A DNA stretch of 62,765 nt, the filler included, from Chiloscyllium plagiosum (Eukaryota), in NCBI RefSeq assembly GCF_004010195.1. It is 3 parts of one record of this genome, joined end to end, with 100 filler letters (N's around TTAATTAATTAA, not from the genome) between each part and the next. Parts side by side here need not be neighbours in the genome. Positions count along the whole stretch, not along the records: positions 22,737 to 49,556 come from NC_057712.1; positions 49,657 to 62,765 come from NC_057712.1; 1 more part is not named here. One strand, given 5' to 3'. This document shows positions 49,349-61,265 of this stretch, piece after piece. Position numbers and translations under genes: made by a program. The notes under the pieces were generated by a model that saw only the letters and a list, made by a program, of their open reading frames with translations, had not been told where the DNA came from and made no database searches. How positions within the stretch are numbered: the stretch's first letter is position 1; each line of letters starts with the position of its first letter.

Positions 49349-49556
49349 TGAAAATGTGTTGCTGGAAAAGCGCAGCAGGTCAGGCAGCATCCAAGGAACA
49401 GGAGAATCGACGTTTCGGGCATAAGCCCTTCTTCAGGAATGAGGAAAGTGTGTCCAGCAGGCTAAGATAAAAGATAGGGAGGAGGGACTTGGGGGAGGGG
49501 CGTTGGTAATGCGATAGGTGGAAGGAGGTCAAGTTGAGGGTGATAGGCCGAAGTGG
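49349..49556 (-). mobile_element. Young Penelope pLTR running into a gap
   Basis: Near-identical to 22737-22820, with CpGs intact. Confidence 0.85.
49407..49437 (-). ncRNA. Minimal type I hammerhead ribozyme core (intact consensus)
   Basis: C-CUGAAGA-A-GGGC-UUAU-GCCC-GAAAC-GUC-GA. All conserved core nucleotides, perfect stem II, palindromic ACGU in place of helix III. Confidence 0.7.
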
Positions 49557-49656
49557 NNNNNNNNNNNNNNNNNNNNNNNNNNNNNNNNNNNNNNNNNNNN
49601 TTAATTAATTAANNNNNNNNNNNNNNNNNNNNNNNNNNNNNNNNNNNNNNNNNNNN
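49557..49656. other. Assembly gap spacer (44 N + TTAATTAATTAA + 44 N)
   Basis: Identical to 22637-22736. Confidence 0.95.
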
Positions 49657-50370
49657 CTGAACAAAGAGACCTTGGAATGCAGGTTCATAGCTCCTTGAAA
49701 GTGGAATCACAGGTAGATAGGATAGTGAAGAAGGCATTTGGTATGCTTTCCTTTATTGGTCAGAGTATTGAGTACAGGAGTTGGGAGGTCATGTTGCGGC
49801 TGTACAGGACATTGGTTAGGCACTGTTGGAATATTGCATGCAATTCAGGTCTCCTTCCTGTCGGAAAGATTCTGTGAAACTTTGAAGGGTTCAGAAAAGA
49901 TTTACAAGGATGTTGCCAGGGTTGGAGGATTTGAGCTATAAGGAGAGTCTGAAGGCTGGGGCTGTTTTCCCTGGAGTATCGGAGGCTGAGGGGTGACCTT
50001 ATAGAGGTTTACAAAATTATGAGGGGCATGGATAGGGTAAATGGACAGTCTTTTCCCTGGGGTGGGGGAGTCCACAACTAGAGGGCATAGGTTTCGGATG
50101 AGAGGGGAAAGATATAAAAGAGACCTAAGGGGCAACTTTTTCATGCAGAGGGTGGTATGTGTATGGAATGAGCTGTCAGAGGATGTAGTGGAGCCTGGTA
50201 CAATTACAACATTTAAGAGGCATTTGGATGGGTATATGAATAGGAAGGGTTTGGAGAGATATGGGCCGGGTGCTGGCAGATGGGACTAGATTGGGTTGGG
50301 ATATCTGGTCGGCATGGACGGGTTGGACCGAAGGGTCTGTTTCTGTGCTGTACATCTCTATGACTGTGTG
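49657..50370 (+). mobile_element. CR1 3' end
   Basis: QVDRIVKKAFGMLSFI, RRLRGDLIEVYKIMRG, FFMQRVVCVWNEL, plus tail. Confidence 0.93.
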
Positions 50371-51049
50371 ACATTTATCTTTGTTCATATTTTTTCATAT
50401 CTGGAGTCATTTAGCTTCTTTTGGTTCTCTTGGAAAAATCCTTGTAAAGTTGTATGTTCTGTCTTAAATACCACGCTTTTTAATGCAAATGTCCAATAAA
50501 ATACCAAAAACTTGAACAAAGCAAAATACTTTGGATGCTAGAAATGTGAAATAACAATGAAAAGTAGTTTGGCAGTGTGTGAGATCAGGATTAGACAGCA
50601 TGTTTTGTGGTCAATATCACTCCACCTAAATATAATCAAGAGCCATGTTCAACAGGGAACAGTTCCCCTATCTATCTCCAAAGTTGCTACCATACCTGAG
50701 TTTTTGGAATATAATTTTTGTTATAACACTTCAAAATTCCTCACATTTCAGAGAAATGTAAAGTACTCCAGATGCTGGAAAGCTAAATTTAAAAAGTGGA
50801 AGTGCTAGAAAAAAAGAGTTTATGGTTCAAATCCAGTGGTTCTTCTTTGGAAGAGTTTAGTAGTTATCTACTTAAAGGTGTCAAATTGGCCCTGTATTTG
50901 TAGGTATTAAGAGTTCTAATGGATTATGCTATGGAATTTTAGGATGCTGAATTTTGTCCTACGATTGTTCTTCTCACAAGTTTTTAAATGCTGTCTTGTC
51001 AGCCGAAAGAATTGACTAATGCATTGTCTGAGCTGAGATGTCACTTTTT

Positions 51050-51367
51050 TAATAAAACCTAAAGTTATCTTTGACTTGTAAGAGTTCTGTGATTTTGGAT
51101 GTCGGTTTGCTCGCTGAGCTGGAAGGTTTGTTTTCAGACATTTTGTCACCATACACGGTAATATCTTCAGTGAGCCTTCGGATGAAGCACTGGTGGTGTA
51201 GCCTGCTTTGTATTTTTAGAATAGAATAGAATAAATGGACTACGCCACTAGTGTTTCATGCTCACTGAAGATGTTACCGAGTATAGTCAGAAAACATCTG
51301 CAAACGAACCTTCCAGCTCAGCAAACAAATCTCCATCCAGAACCTCAACATGAGCTCCAGATCTTCT
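51050..51367. mobile_element. Fold-back Penelope-associated element (third family)
   Basis: Inverted arms about 51095-51205 / 51240-51340. CACTGAAGATGTTACC... degenerate hammerhead on both strands. Confidence 0.7.
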
Positions 51368-51469
51368 CGTCGGCATGGATGAGTTGGACGGAAGGGTCTG
51401 TTTCTATGCTGTACATCTCTATGACCCTAGTTCTGTGATTTATATATTAATTTAAACTTGCATCCCCAT

Positions 51470-51670
51470 TCTAAGTGATTAAAAACTTGACAGCGATCTC
51501 GGTTTGTTCAATGCATTGTATCAATTGTATGACACATTGATGTTTTACTATAAATTCTGTGTCCTATGATCCTGCTCTACAGCTACCTGACAAAGGAGCA
51601 GTGCTCCGAAAGCTTGTACTTCAATTAAATCTGTTGGATTATAACATGTTGTGTGATTTTAAACCTTGAT
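51470..51670 (+). mobile_element. Penelope-derived repeat (second family)
   Basis: TAC-CTGACAA-AGGAGCAGTGCTCC-GAAAGCTT-GTA at about 51584-51618. Confidence 0.7.
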
Positions 51671-51769
51671 TAAAGAGAAATTTCAGGCCAGTTGCCCATG
51701 CCATACTCTGCATTTTTTAAACTGATCAATGGATGTAATGCTGTTCTTTGCAGCTTTGTATGTCAACTC

Positions 51770-51910
51770 GGAGAAAGTGAGGACTGCAGAAGCTGGAGAT
51801 CAGAATCGAAAGTGCAGTGCTGGAAAAGCACAGCAGGTTAGGCAGCATCCAAGGAGCAGGAGAATTGGCATTTCGGGCATAAGCCCTTCATCAGGAATCC
51901 TGATGAAGCC
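51770..51910 (-). mobile_element. Penelope pLTR fragment with hammerhead core, turning into a short inverted copy
   Basis: Minus strand CCTGATGAAGGGCTTATGCCCGAAATG; central palindrome CTTCATCAGGAATCCTGATGAAG. Confidence 0.8.
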
Positions 51911-53912
51911 TTGTATGTCAAGTTATACATCAAGTAATAATGGCTGTTAAAAGATAAATTGTTACAAGAAGAACAGGCCAAACATTAGTGGTACAAAATT
52001 TATGTGCCATTTTGCTTCGTTGTTCCCAGAGTATCCTGTTCTAACCAATGCAGAAATAGGGACAAGTGGAAGCAAAATTAGACAGTGATTGCAGAGCATT
52101 GGCAAGCCAAGTCATCTCAAGGAAATCTAAAGCATTTTTTTGTAGTTTACTTTCTTTTTTAAAAAAAAAGCTGTAGAAATAATTTGTCATTTACAAATGT
52201 GTGCAGATTTTATTTTTAGGAATGTTTGTGTGTCACTGAATGCATAATTCTTGAAATAACAACAGAATCCTTATTCCACTGGAGTTGGTTTTCACCTGCG
52301 AGTTGCAAATTTGAATGTAACTTGAACCTTTGTACAGTCAACACAGTATCCCTGTGTACATAATCAATGTGTGTAACACATTATCAGTAGATAATTAACT
52401 GTCACAACTTCTCAATTTTAATGAGCCCTTTTGTTTCACGATTGGATGTAAGACTGAGAAGACACATGCATTTTCAAATAAAGCTCAAGTTGCAAAGAGC
52501 ACCATGTTGCCTCGTGGGAATTAATGGTTAGCAGTTTAGACAATTTAGTTACATCGGAGTGTAAATTATTGTTACATGACAGATAATCCATTTGCATTAT
52601 TTGAATTTGTAGCTGGTTACTCTTGCCTTGCCTGATCTTGTAAGAATATCAAACTTGGTTGGCATGTGTGGCTGTGGACCACCTATCCTCATATGCCTTG
52701 TGATGCCCTAGTTGGGTCCATTCGTTTTAAGAATGGCCACCTCTGATTGTAAATGATATTTCTATCAAGGAATCTGTGCTGTCTGTGAATTGTTGCAGAT
52801 TTCTTGCCATCAATGCAGTGAATTCAATGAAAATTCCTTCTGATGAGTACTACCGCTTTTAAGGTCCAGCAGAAATTTAAAGCTAGGCAAACAAGTTTTG
52901 CGAGAATGTGTGCTTATGGTTATTTTGCGAGAGGGTTCCTTCCTTGTGTCAGCTGGGGACACGATGGTCAGAGTTGAGCTTCATATGCCGTGATGATCTG
53001 CAGATATCTCCATCAACATTTTACTGCTAATGGTTGCTCAGGCCGCAGTGTTCTAAATCTCCGTGATTTGGGAATATTGCAGGTTTTCATTGAAGGCGTA
53101 AACCAATCAACTGTGTGTAGATGTATTGAACAAATTACTTGAACAAGCAATTTCATTTTCTCCTTGGAGAGCTACCAACATTAGGACAGGACATAGTACA
53201 TACAAGGCTGAGTGAATACATTTCACAAGTCTTGACTTCAGTTTAGATCATGTATTCAAGAGACTTTGACACCTATTCAGAATGAATTGAGTTAAAGTAA
53301 AAATCTTTTTGACTGGCTTGTTATAATAGTCAGATTGCAATTAGTAAGCCAAGTTCGAAAAGTCTCCATTGTTGGGTTTGCTCTATTTGTAATAATTTAA
53401 GAGTTGCTTTCAGCTATCTGTAGTACATTCATTACAATTTATTTGCTATTAAATGACATGATTATGGATTCATGAAATTTCCCACTGGGGGTGAACTTCT
53501 AGCTTGTTCCACCTGTTAGCCTGTACATGTCATTTCTTCTTGATTGAATCGAAGTAGATTTTTAAACTATTTTTAATGTATTACATGGGAAACCTTGCTT
53601 ACCCAAATTAGTCAGTATGAATTAAACAAAACCCTGGGGAGGATTCAGATAAGTGGAAGATATGTCACTACTCGTGGTTGGCAGCTGATTTATAGATATT
53701 TATACTATGTAACTGGTAAGGGAAAAAAATTCTGCTGTTGTACTGCTGAGAATAGCATGCTTTCTGATTTTTACAGAAGTGATAAAATTTGAGTGTTTTC
53801 AAGTAGTCTTTTATCTTCTCAAAAGAATTCTTTACACTTTTCCAATTTGGTATTGTTTCAAGGTAAAGATTCAACGACCTGAAAAATTCTTTTAAAATCA
53901 TCAAGCACTTAC

Positions 53913-53978
53913 GTTATTTCTGAAGAGAAAAGTTTTCAAATGTTGAGTATACTTTCGGCATGGTAAAGTATGCAGGAT
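53913..53978 (-). CDS. Internal exon (66 nt, phase 0 to 0): ILHTLPCRKYTQHLKTFLFRNN
   Basis: Acceptor AATCTTTGCTCTAG, donor AAC/GTAAGT. Open in the frame required by the 42266 exon, in a repeat-free region. Confidence 0.6.
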
Positions 53979-55129
53979 CTAGAGCAAAGATTATAAATTT
54001 GCGTTAATGACCGAATAATGCAATTAATTTTAGAAGGTGCTTAGACTAATAATAAGGCCATTTAGATTTAGGTGTGGCATTTGGTCCTTTGTTTGTTGCA
54101 TGAGCCTTTACCCACAAAGGAAGCTCTTCGTAAAAAAACTGAAAATGCTGATAGCTGTGCTTCAGAAGAAAGTTTATTTTGCCATTTTTCTGCATTTTCT
54201 TCAGCATACTTTTACTTCTGACTTTTATGCTACACAGTAGAGGAGCATGCAATGCATAATGTACAGTTGAGGGTTTGAGAAATGCAAGTCTAATGAGTTC
54301 ATCAGGCAGGTAAACGCCTGCAGATAACTATCGTCAAATGTGCATCTGGATGTATCCAAGAAGCTGTGACCTTGTTTCAAGTTACACATCCCAGAGATTT
54401 GTGCTATCTGGTACGCAGTGATCGGCGCATATTATCTGATGGCCTTTTCCATTCAACTGAATGTTTCCAGATAATGAATATTTCACAATATTGCATCCCA
54501 TCGTTCCGTCTGAGGGGAGAAAAACCTAACACCTGAAGCAGTATGTGGTTGACATGTATTAGGTAAATGACAGCCAGGCCGTTTATAAGGAGGAAACCTT
54601 TATTCCTTCTACTGTGGGAAGATTGACACTTTCATTGAGTCATAAAACTCCTTCAGTGCTAAACTGTGATAATGGTACTTGTGGAGATCTAGATGTTTCA
54701 CAGTAGCTTCTCGAGCTGAATGAGAAGAAATTATTTTTAATGAATCCTCTATTGGGAATGTTACCACAGAAACAACATTTGCACATTAGTGTTTGAGAGT
54801 TTCTCAGTCAATATATTGCCTTCGTTGTTCAGCACAGTTCAGAGTCTGGGTTGTTTGAAAGAACATGAAAAAAAAAATGTGGCAACATTTTGGTGAAAAG
54901 TATTGTCTTTAATGTGTACTGTTGTCAACTCCACATCAGAGCAGCACATAAAAGAAATTTGCCATGCCTTTCAGGCAAAAGGAAAGTATAACCTTCCCTG
55001 CACTTTCTGAATCAGGACTTCCCACTCTTTTGCATAAAAGGCAATGGTGTTTCCCATCCATCTCTATCATCCCATTCTGATAAACCTTAATCTGCCATTC
55101 ACTCTGTTGCCATTGTCAATTACTTGATG

Positions 55130-55920
55130 GGTTTGCTGCTTCCAGGCAGTGTGTTATAGGGTTTGTCAACTAACTTTCCCTCCTGTATGAGGACAGAGTG
55201 GGAATATTCGATGATGATTGCACAGTGTTTAGTTTTCTTCACAATTCGTGGAGAACGAAGCAGTCTGTAGTAGCTTGCTAGAAGAGTTAAACAATATTGC
55301 AGTGTGGACCGAATAGTGACAAGTAATATTTGTGCCATACAAATGCAAAACAATGACCGCCTCTAAAAGAAAAGAATCTAACCATCTCCCCATTGCAGTC
55401 ATGACATTAATCAATGGTGACGCTTTTGATAATGATAAAAATTTGACAAATCTAGCATATTAAAACTCCGGCTGCAAGTTCAGGTTGGAGTCTAGGAATT
55501 GTGTGATGAGTGACCCATCTCCTGACTCTGCGATCAATTTCTACCATCTACAAGATGACAAAACAGTTCAAGACAACTCTCTCAGCATTCAAAGTTTTAT
55601 GGAAAAGCTGGCTTTTCATTGACTTGATCTGACCTGACCCAGTCAATCCTGGCACCACTCCATTTCTAACCCAACTTCAGAGGATCAGACATCAATGAGC
55701 CCCTTTAATTCACTGCCACTGAAAGTTGTGGAGGCCAGGTCATTGACTATATTTAAGTTAGAGATAAATAAGTTCTTGATTGTAAAGAGCATCAGGGGTT
55801 ACAGAGCGAAAGTGGGAGAATAGGGTTGAGAAACTTATCGTTGTGATTGAATGGCGGAGAAAACTCGATGGGCTGAATGGTCTAATTTCTGCTCCTGTGT
55901 CTTATGGCCTTATGGTCTTT
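55130..55920. mobile_element. Mixed LINE fragments (second-family pieces, then a CR1 3' tail at about 55710-55920)
   Basis: Similarity to 47500-47830; CR1 tail GGGCTGAATGGTCTAATTTCTGCTCC with CTTATGG repeats. Confidence 0.65.
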
Positions 55921-56629
55921 TCCAGCAATGCACAGCGAGGATTATTGTTGGTTAAATCTGTTCTAACTGTACTCTGAATTTCTGGACCAATAACACTGGT
56001 CTTGCCATTGTTAGTCTGAAGAAGTTGTGGTTATTCCAAGTTGAGATGTCAGACAGTCTGATCACATGGGGTTGATGTAATGCTTGAGGAATGATTGATT
56101 GTTCAATTTGAGTCATCACTGATTTCGTTGGAGTTAATCCCCATATTTTCAAATATTATCCAGATTAAATGCAGATTGGCTGCATAAATACAATGCATAT
56201 ATACAATGTTATGTACAGAGCATCTCCAGATGTAATGGGGAGGAAGAAATACCATTGCTGTGGTAAAGTTGAGCAGTTAGGTCTGCCAAACAAATGAGAT
56301 CATTCATTGTGGGAAGTCTTTTGAAATGGGTCGAATACAGCAGACAGCTCAAGAGGAACAAGAAAATAAAAATGCACATTGGCCGTGGTGTAATTTCTGA
56401 CTTTGTTCAGGGCTGTTGGAGTGTCCTTAGCTCTTTAACTCAGTTTTTACAATATCTTAAATGGTCCATAAGTTACCAGATTTAGACTTCAATGTGAATA
56501 TCTTTGGATTAATAGTCTGCTACTAAAAATGCTACACTCTAATACTTGGGTGCAAATGGAAGTTAACAGATAATACTTTCAGATCTGTTCAAATTTATTT
56601 TTAATTGCTTGCAATGCTGCATGTTTAAA

Positions 56630-57335
56630 GTGGAGAGAGATTATAAAATGAAGGATACTATTCTAAAGCATGTGCAGGAGCAGAGTGATCTGGGTGTACA
56701 TGTGCTTAAGTCATTAAAGTTGGCGGAGCAGGTTTGAAAAAAATGCTACAGTATTTTAGGCTTTATTAGCTGGGGCAGGAAAGCAATGTAAAGGCTGTGC
56801 TGTCACTGCTTAGATCTCAGTTGGAATTTTAGGTGCAGTTCACAGGAAGGATATGAACATATTGGAGATGACAGAAGAGGTTTAAGGGACTGGTTCCAGG
56901 AAAGATTCACTTTAGTTAAGAAGATAGTCTGGAGCATTTGGAACAGTATTCTCTAGAGAGGGGAAGGTTGAGATGAGGTTTGATATAAGTTTTCAAAATA
57001 ACGAGCAGTCTGGATATAGTATTTAGGGAGAAGCTGTTCTGATTATAAGGATGGAGAAGTTTTGAAATGTTTTGCACAAGAAGCAAATTGTGAGGTGAAA
57101 ATAAACCTTTTCAAAAGCAAGTGGTTCAGAATTGGAAAGCACTGCCTGGAAGTGATGAAGAAGTGCAGCATTTTCAAATAAAGCATTCAAGAGGGCATTG
57201 GAAAATGATTTCTATTTAAGTAATGTGCAGTGCGCTGGGGAAGAGACCAGAATTGAACACTAACTCAAAATGCACAGCAAGTCAGTGCAGACAAGGTCAG
57301 TCGAATGGCCGCCTCCTGCACCATAACAATGCTGT
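56630..57335 (+). mobile_element. Old CR1 3' end
   Basis: QEQSDLGVHV and other decayed ORF2 3' motifs, plus tail. Confidence 0.7.
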
Positions 57336-58336
57336 GTAAATGTAAAGCAGGACAGTTTCTTGTTCTAAATTGTTTTTCAGCAGTCCGAACCTGGACCCTT
57401 GGGATAGCTTAATATTTCCTAGGTTAAGAGGCTGGCAAGTTTTTACTTGTTTCCCACTGATAGCAATCCTGCACGTTAGGCAAGGTCAGGGTCATTCTGG
57501 TTATGCTTTTGGAGCCTTGTTTGGATGCAACCTCTGTCTCCCCAGCCCACTGTTCCCTGTGTGAAGTGGCATAGTCTGGAGGAGAGGGCACCCAGTTTGG
57601 CCCCAGTCTGGGATCCATCAGGCAGCACAAATTGCCAATTGAAAGACAATTTTGTCTGACAGTACTCCAATGATATCCTTGTGAGCATTTTACTATCTAA
57701 AGACATAAAGTAAATGTGCGTTCGTTTCTGGAACTTTCTAATTGCCTGAATTTCTTATCTGAGCAGGGTGACAAAACTGTGAGGGGACTTTGGGAGTGCT
57801 TCACAGGAGCATTATGAGACAAAATTTGGCAGCCACGCAAATGAAATATTGGAATAGCCAATAAAAGCAATTGTGTTGAGAAGTAGATTTTAATCAATAT
57901 CTTGCTGGCAATTAGATGTAGCCCATTGAACTTTCAACTGTAGGTATTTAAATGCATGGCCTCTAGTGATTGGCCATAGGGCATCCATTAATCTAGGGGA
58001 ATGATAAAGTAAATAAGTAATCTTGCCTAATAACAAAGGGGTGATGGAGCATCTTACTTTTGAGTCACAGTATTGAATCCAACACTTGAAATGTTATCTA
58101 ACATTTCGATTGGATACTGAAACATGTAGCTGAGATTTGGATCCATTTTTCAACTGAAAGCCAGTTCTGAAAATATAAATTCTTCTCATTGTGTACACAT
58201 TTAGAAAATGCTAACAATTTTGTTTGTGGCTTCAAAGAAATGAGCCAAACAACTTTGCAGTTGTGTGAAAATGCTGAACTGGTTTGTATGTGGCAGGTTG
58301 ATTGCAATCCAAACCCACTACATAATGGCTTAATCA

Positions 58337-59310
58337 ACATAGAACATACAGTACAGGCCCACCGGCCCTCAATGTTGTGCCAGCCTTTTATCCTACTCTA
58401 AGATCAGACTAACCTACATACCCTTCATTGTACTCTTCCATGTGTGTGTCCAAGAGTTGCTTAAATGCCCCTAATGTGTCTGACTCTACTACCATCGCTG
58501 GCAGTGCATTCCATGCACCCACCACGCTCTTTGTAAAGAACCTACCTCTGACATCTCCCCAAAACCTTCCTCCAATTACTTTCAAATTATGTCTCCTCAT
58601 GATTGACATTTCCACATGGGAAAAACTCTCTGGCTATCCACTCTATTTATGCCCCTCAACGTCTTGTACACCTCTGTCAAGTCAGTTCTCATCCTTATTC
58701 ACTCCACTGAGAAGAGCCCTAAATCCCTCAGCATTTCTTCATAAGTCATGCCCTCCAGACCAGACAGCAAGCTGATAAATCTCCTCTGCAATCTCTCTAG
58801 AGCTTCCATGACTTTCCTATATTGAGGCAACCAGAACTGAACACAATATTCCAAGTGTGGTCTAACCAGGACTCGATAGAGCTGCAGCATGATCTCACGG
58901 CTCTTAACTTAATCCCCCTTACTAATGAAAGCAAACACACCATATGCTTTCTTAACAATCCTATCAACCTGGATGCAACTTTGAGGGATCTATGGGCATG
59001 GACCCCAAGATCCCTCTATTCCTCCTCCACACTGCCAAGAATCCTGCCTTTAACCCTGTATTCTGCATTCAAATTCGACCTTCCAAAGTGAATCACTTCA
59101 CATTTTTCCAGTCTTAGGTCATTGGTGGGCAAAGTATTGGAGAGGATTCTAAGAGACAGGATTTATGACTACTTGGAAAACCATAGTTTGATTAGAGATA
59201 GTCAGCATGGTTTTGTGAGGGGCAGATCATGCCTTACAAACCTTACTGAATTCTTTGTGGATGTGACGAAACACATTGATGAAGATAGAGAAGTGGATGT
59301 GGTGTACACA
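58337..59310 (-). mobile_element. CR1 insertion with inverted 5' segment (58337-59111 minus; about 59109-59310 plus)
   Basis: Minus: LVRPHLEYCVQFW. Plus: VGKVLERILRDRIYDYLENHSLIRDSQHGFVRGRSCLTNL. Both match the subfamily at 29750-32020. Confidence 0.88.
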
Positions 59311-60314
59311 ATTAAGAAATACATTTGCCAATAACTTATTAGTTTTACTGAACAGATTATTGATATAAATTTGTGTAAGTATACTTTAGCTCATTCAATG
59401 ATTTGCTGTTTCTAAATTTATTAAGAATAATTAAAAGTTTTACTGTTCGAGAAAGGGAGAGCCAGGTGCCTTAAGATCTAACTATAAGAATACCTGCAGT
59501 ATCTTGTGTTTTGATGTATTTAATTGTAGTCCTTTTAAGTTTAGAGTCAAATTAAAGCTAGGGATTAGGAAAGTGGAAAAGTTTCACTGCGTTTAGAGAA
59601 AAACTTTGAAACAAGAAAATGGAACATCTCATATTTTACATTTCCAATACCGAATGCAGCAATAAAATCTTTTTTTTGAGATTTGCAGAAATCAGTTTTT
59701 AATTCTCTTCAATGACTAGTCTTCAAAAGTACTTAATTTTCAGTGATGTGTATTGGGACCATAAGAAATCGGAACAGGAGCAGGCTGTTCTGCCTCTTGA
59801 GGCTGATCTGCTGTTCCTCACATCCTGAGCATGTGAGCAGCACTGAACAAATGCAAATTAAATATTTTACTTAAACTCTCGTCCAAACAAATCTTCAAAA
59901 AGAATGAGTTAAAAATAGTGTCATTTTGGTCCTGAAAATGATATTATTTTAATCTAATTTTATATTATGGAACTTCCAGTCTGTGCTTTCCTATCTCCCT
60001 TTCTCTGTCAATAACAATGACATCATAAAAAGACAATTTCTAGCAGTAAGTATCCCTTGATGAAAAGATAAATTGCAGTCATTTTCTTTATATTAAATTA
60101 TGAATAGTCTCCAATAGTTAGGTCTTACAGCATAGTTTTTTTCACATTCTCTCAGACACTATGCAGAAAACAGTAAAATAAAGTAGCTTTTAAAGGTTTA
60201 CATAGTAGAACAAAGTAAAAGTTGAGACAGAAGCTTCTGTCTTCACCCACATCTAAGTTAGAGACTGGAATAATGTTCAATGACTCCAGGATTAGGAACT
60301 AATCTGTATATTTG

Positions 60315-60855
60315 GAACCTTCCACATCCATCAAAGGAGTCTTCCAAATGCATCAAAAATTTACTTGCACGTCCACACATGTCAGTTACTGTATCCGTTA
60401 CTCCTGATGCGGTCTCCTCTACACTGGGGAGACAGGGCGCCTACTCACAGAGCGCTTCAGAGAACATCTCCGGGACACCCGCACCAACAAACCTCACCGC
60501 TCCGTGGTCAAACACTTCAACGCCCCTTCCCAGTCTGCTAAGGACATGCAGGTCCTGGGCCGCCTCCACCCGCCGCTCCCTTACCACCTGCTGCCTGGAT
60601 GAAGAGCGCCTCATCTTCCGTCTGAGGATCCTCCAACCCCAATGCATCAATGTGGATTTCACCAGTTTCCTCATTCCCCTTCCCCCACTTTATCCCAATT
60701 CCAACGTTCCAACTCGGTACCGCCCTCATGACCTGTCCTACCACTCCATTTTTTGATTTGCCTGCTCCTCGGATGCTGCTGGACCTACTGTGCTTTTCCA
60801 GCCCCCCCCATTCACGACTGTAGTCTCAATCGTCTGCAATCCTGATTTTCAACTA
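60315..60855 (+). mobile_element. Penelope-like element GIY-YIG endonuclease remnant plus pLTR
   Basis: FTCTSTHVSYCIRYS*CGLLYTGETGRLLTERFREHLRDTR...VVKHFN, followed by the same pLTR sequence as the hammerhead repeats (hammerhead part deleted). Confidence 0.9.
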
Positions 60856-61149
60856 ATCTGCACATACCAAACAAGAGGCTAATGATTTTGAATGCTGACA
60901 ATCAACTGTTAATCCCCCTCGTCCCAAATCTGACCTGTTACCTTCAGCGCTATTCCCATACCTCAGCTCCTTTTCCTCGCCATATTCTTCCATACTCCTC
61001 AGCTGTTTGATTTCCTTTTCCCTCCTGTTTCACTTCCACATTGTTATCTTGCAAATGAGTTTTTACTTGTACTGAGTGACTGCAATGTGAGGTTAGGGCG
61101 CTATACCTAATTTTTTTTTTTACAACTACAGATAAAACATGCTTAAGAT

Positions 61150-61265
61150 TCAGAGAAGATTTAAGATTTGGGCAGATTGGACATGATCTTGTTGAATGGT
61201 GGGGTTGGCTTGAGGGTCCATATGACCTACTCCTGCTCCTGTTTCTTATTGATTTCTGTTCTTAG
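61150..61265 (+). mobile_element. CR1 3' tail
   Basis: CATGATCTTGTTGAATGG...CCTACTCCTGCTCCTG. Confidence 0.65.

Noticed and set aside
59870..59930. Possible further upstream exon on the minus strand (DQNDTIFNSFFLKICLDESL)
   Set aside because: Weak donor, and the phase does not match the 53978 exon.
60280..60756. 158-aa ORF as a host gene
   Set aside because: Mostly an off-frame reading of the Penelope GIY-YIG remnant.
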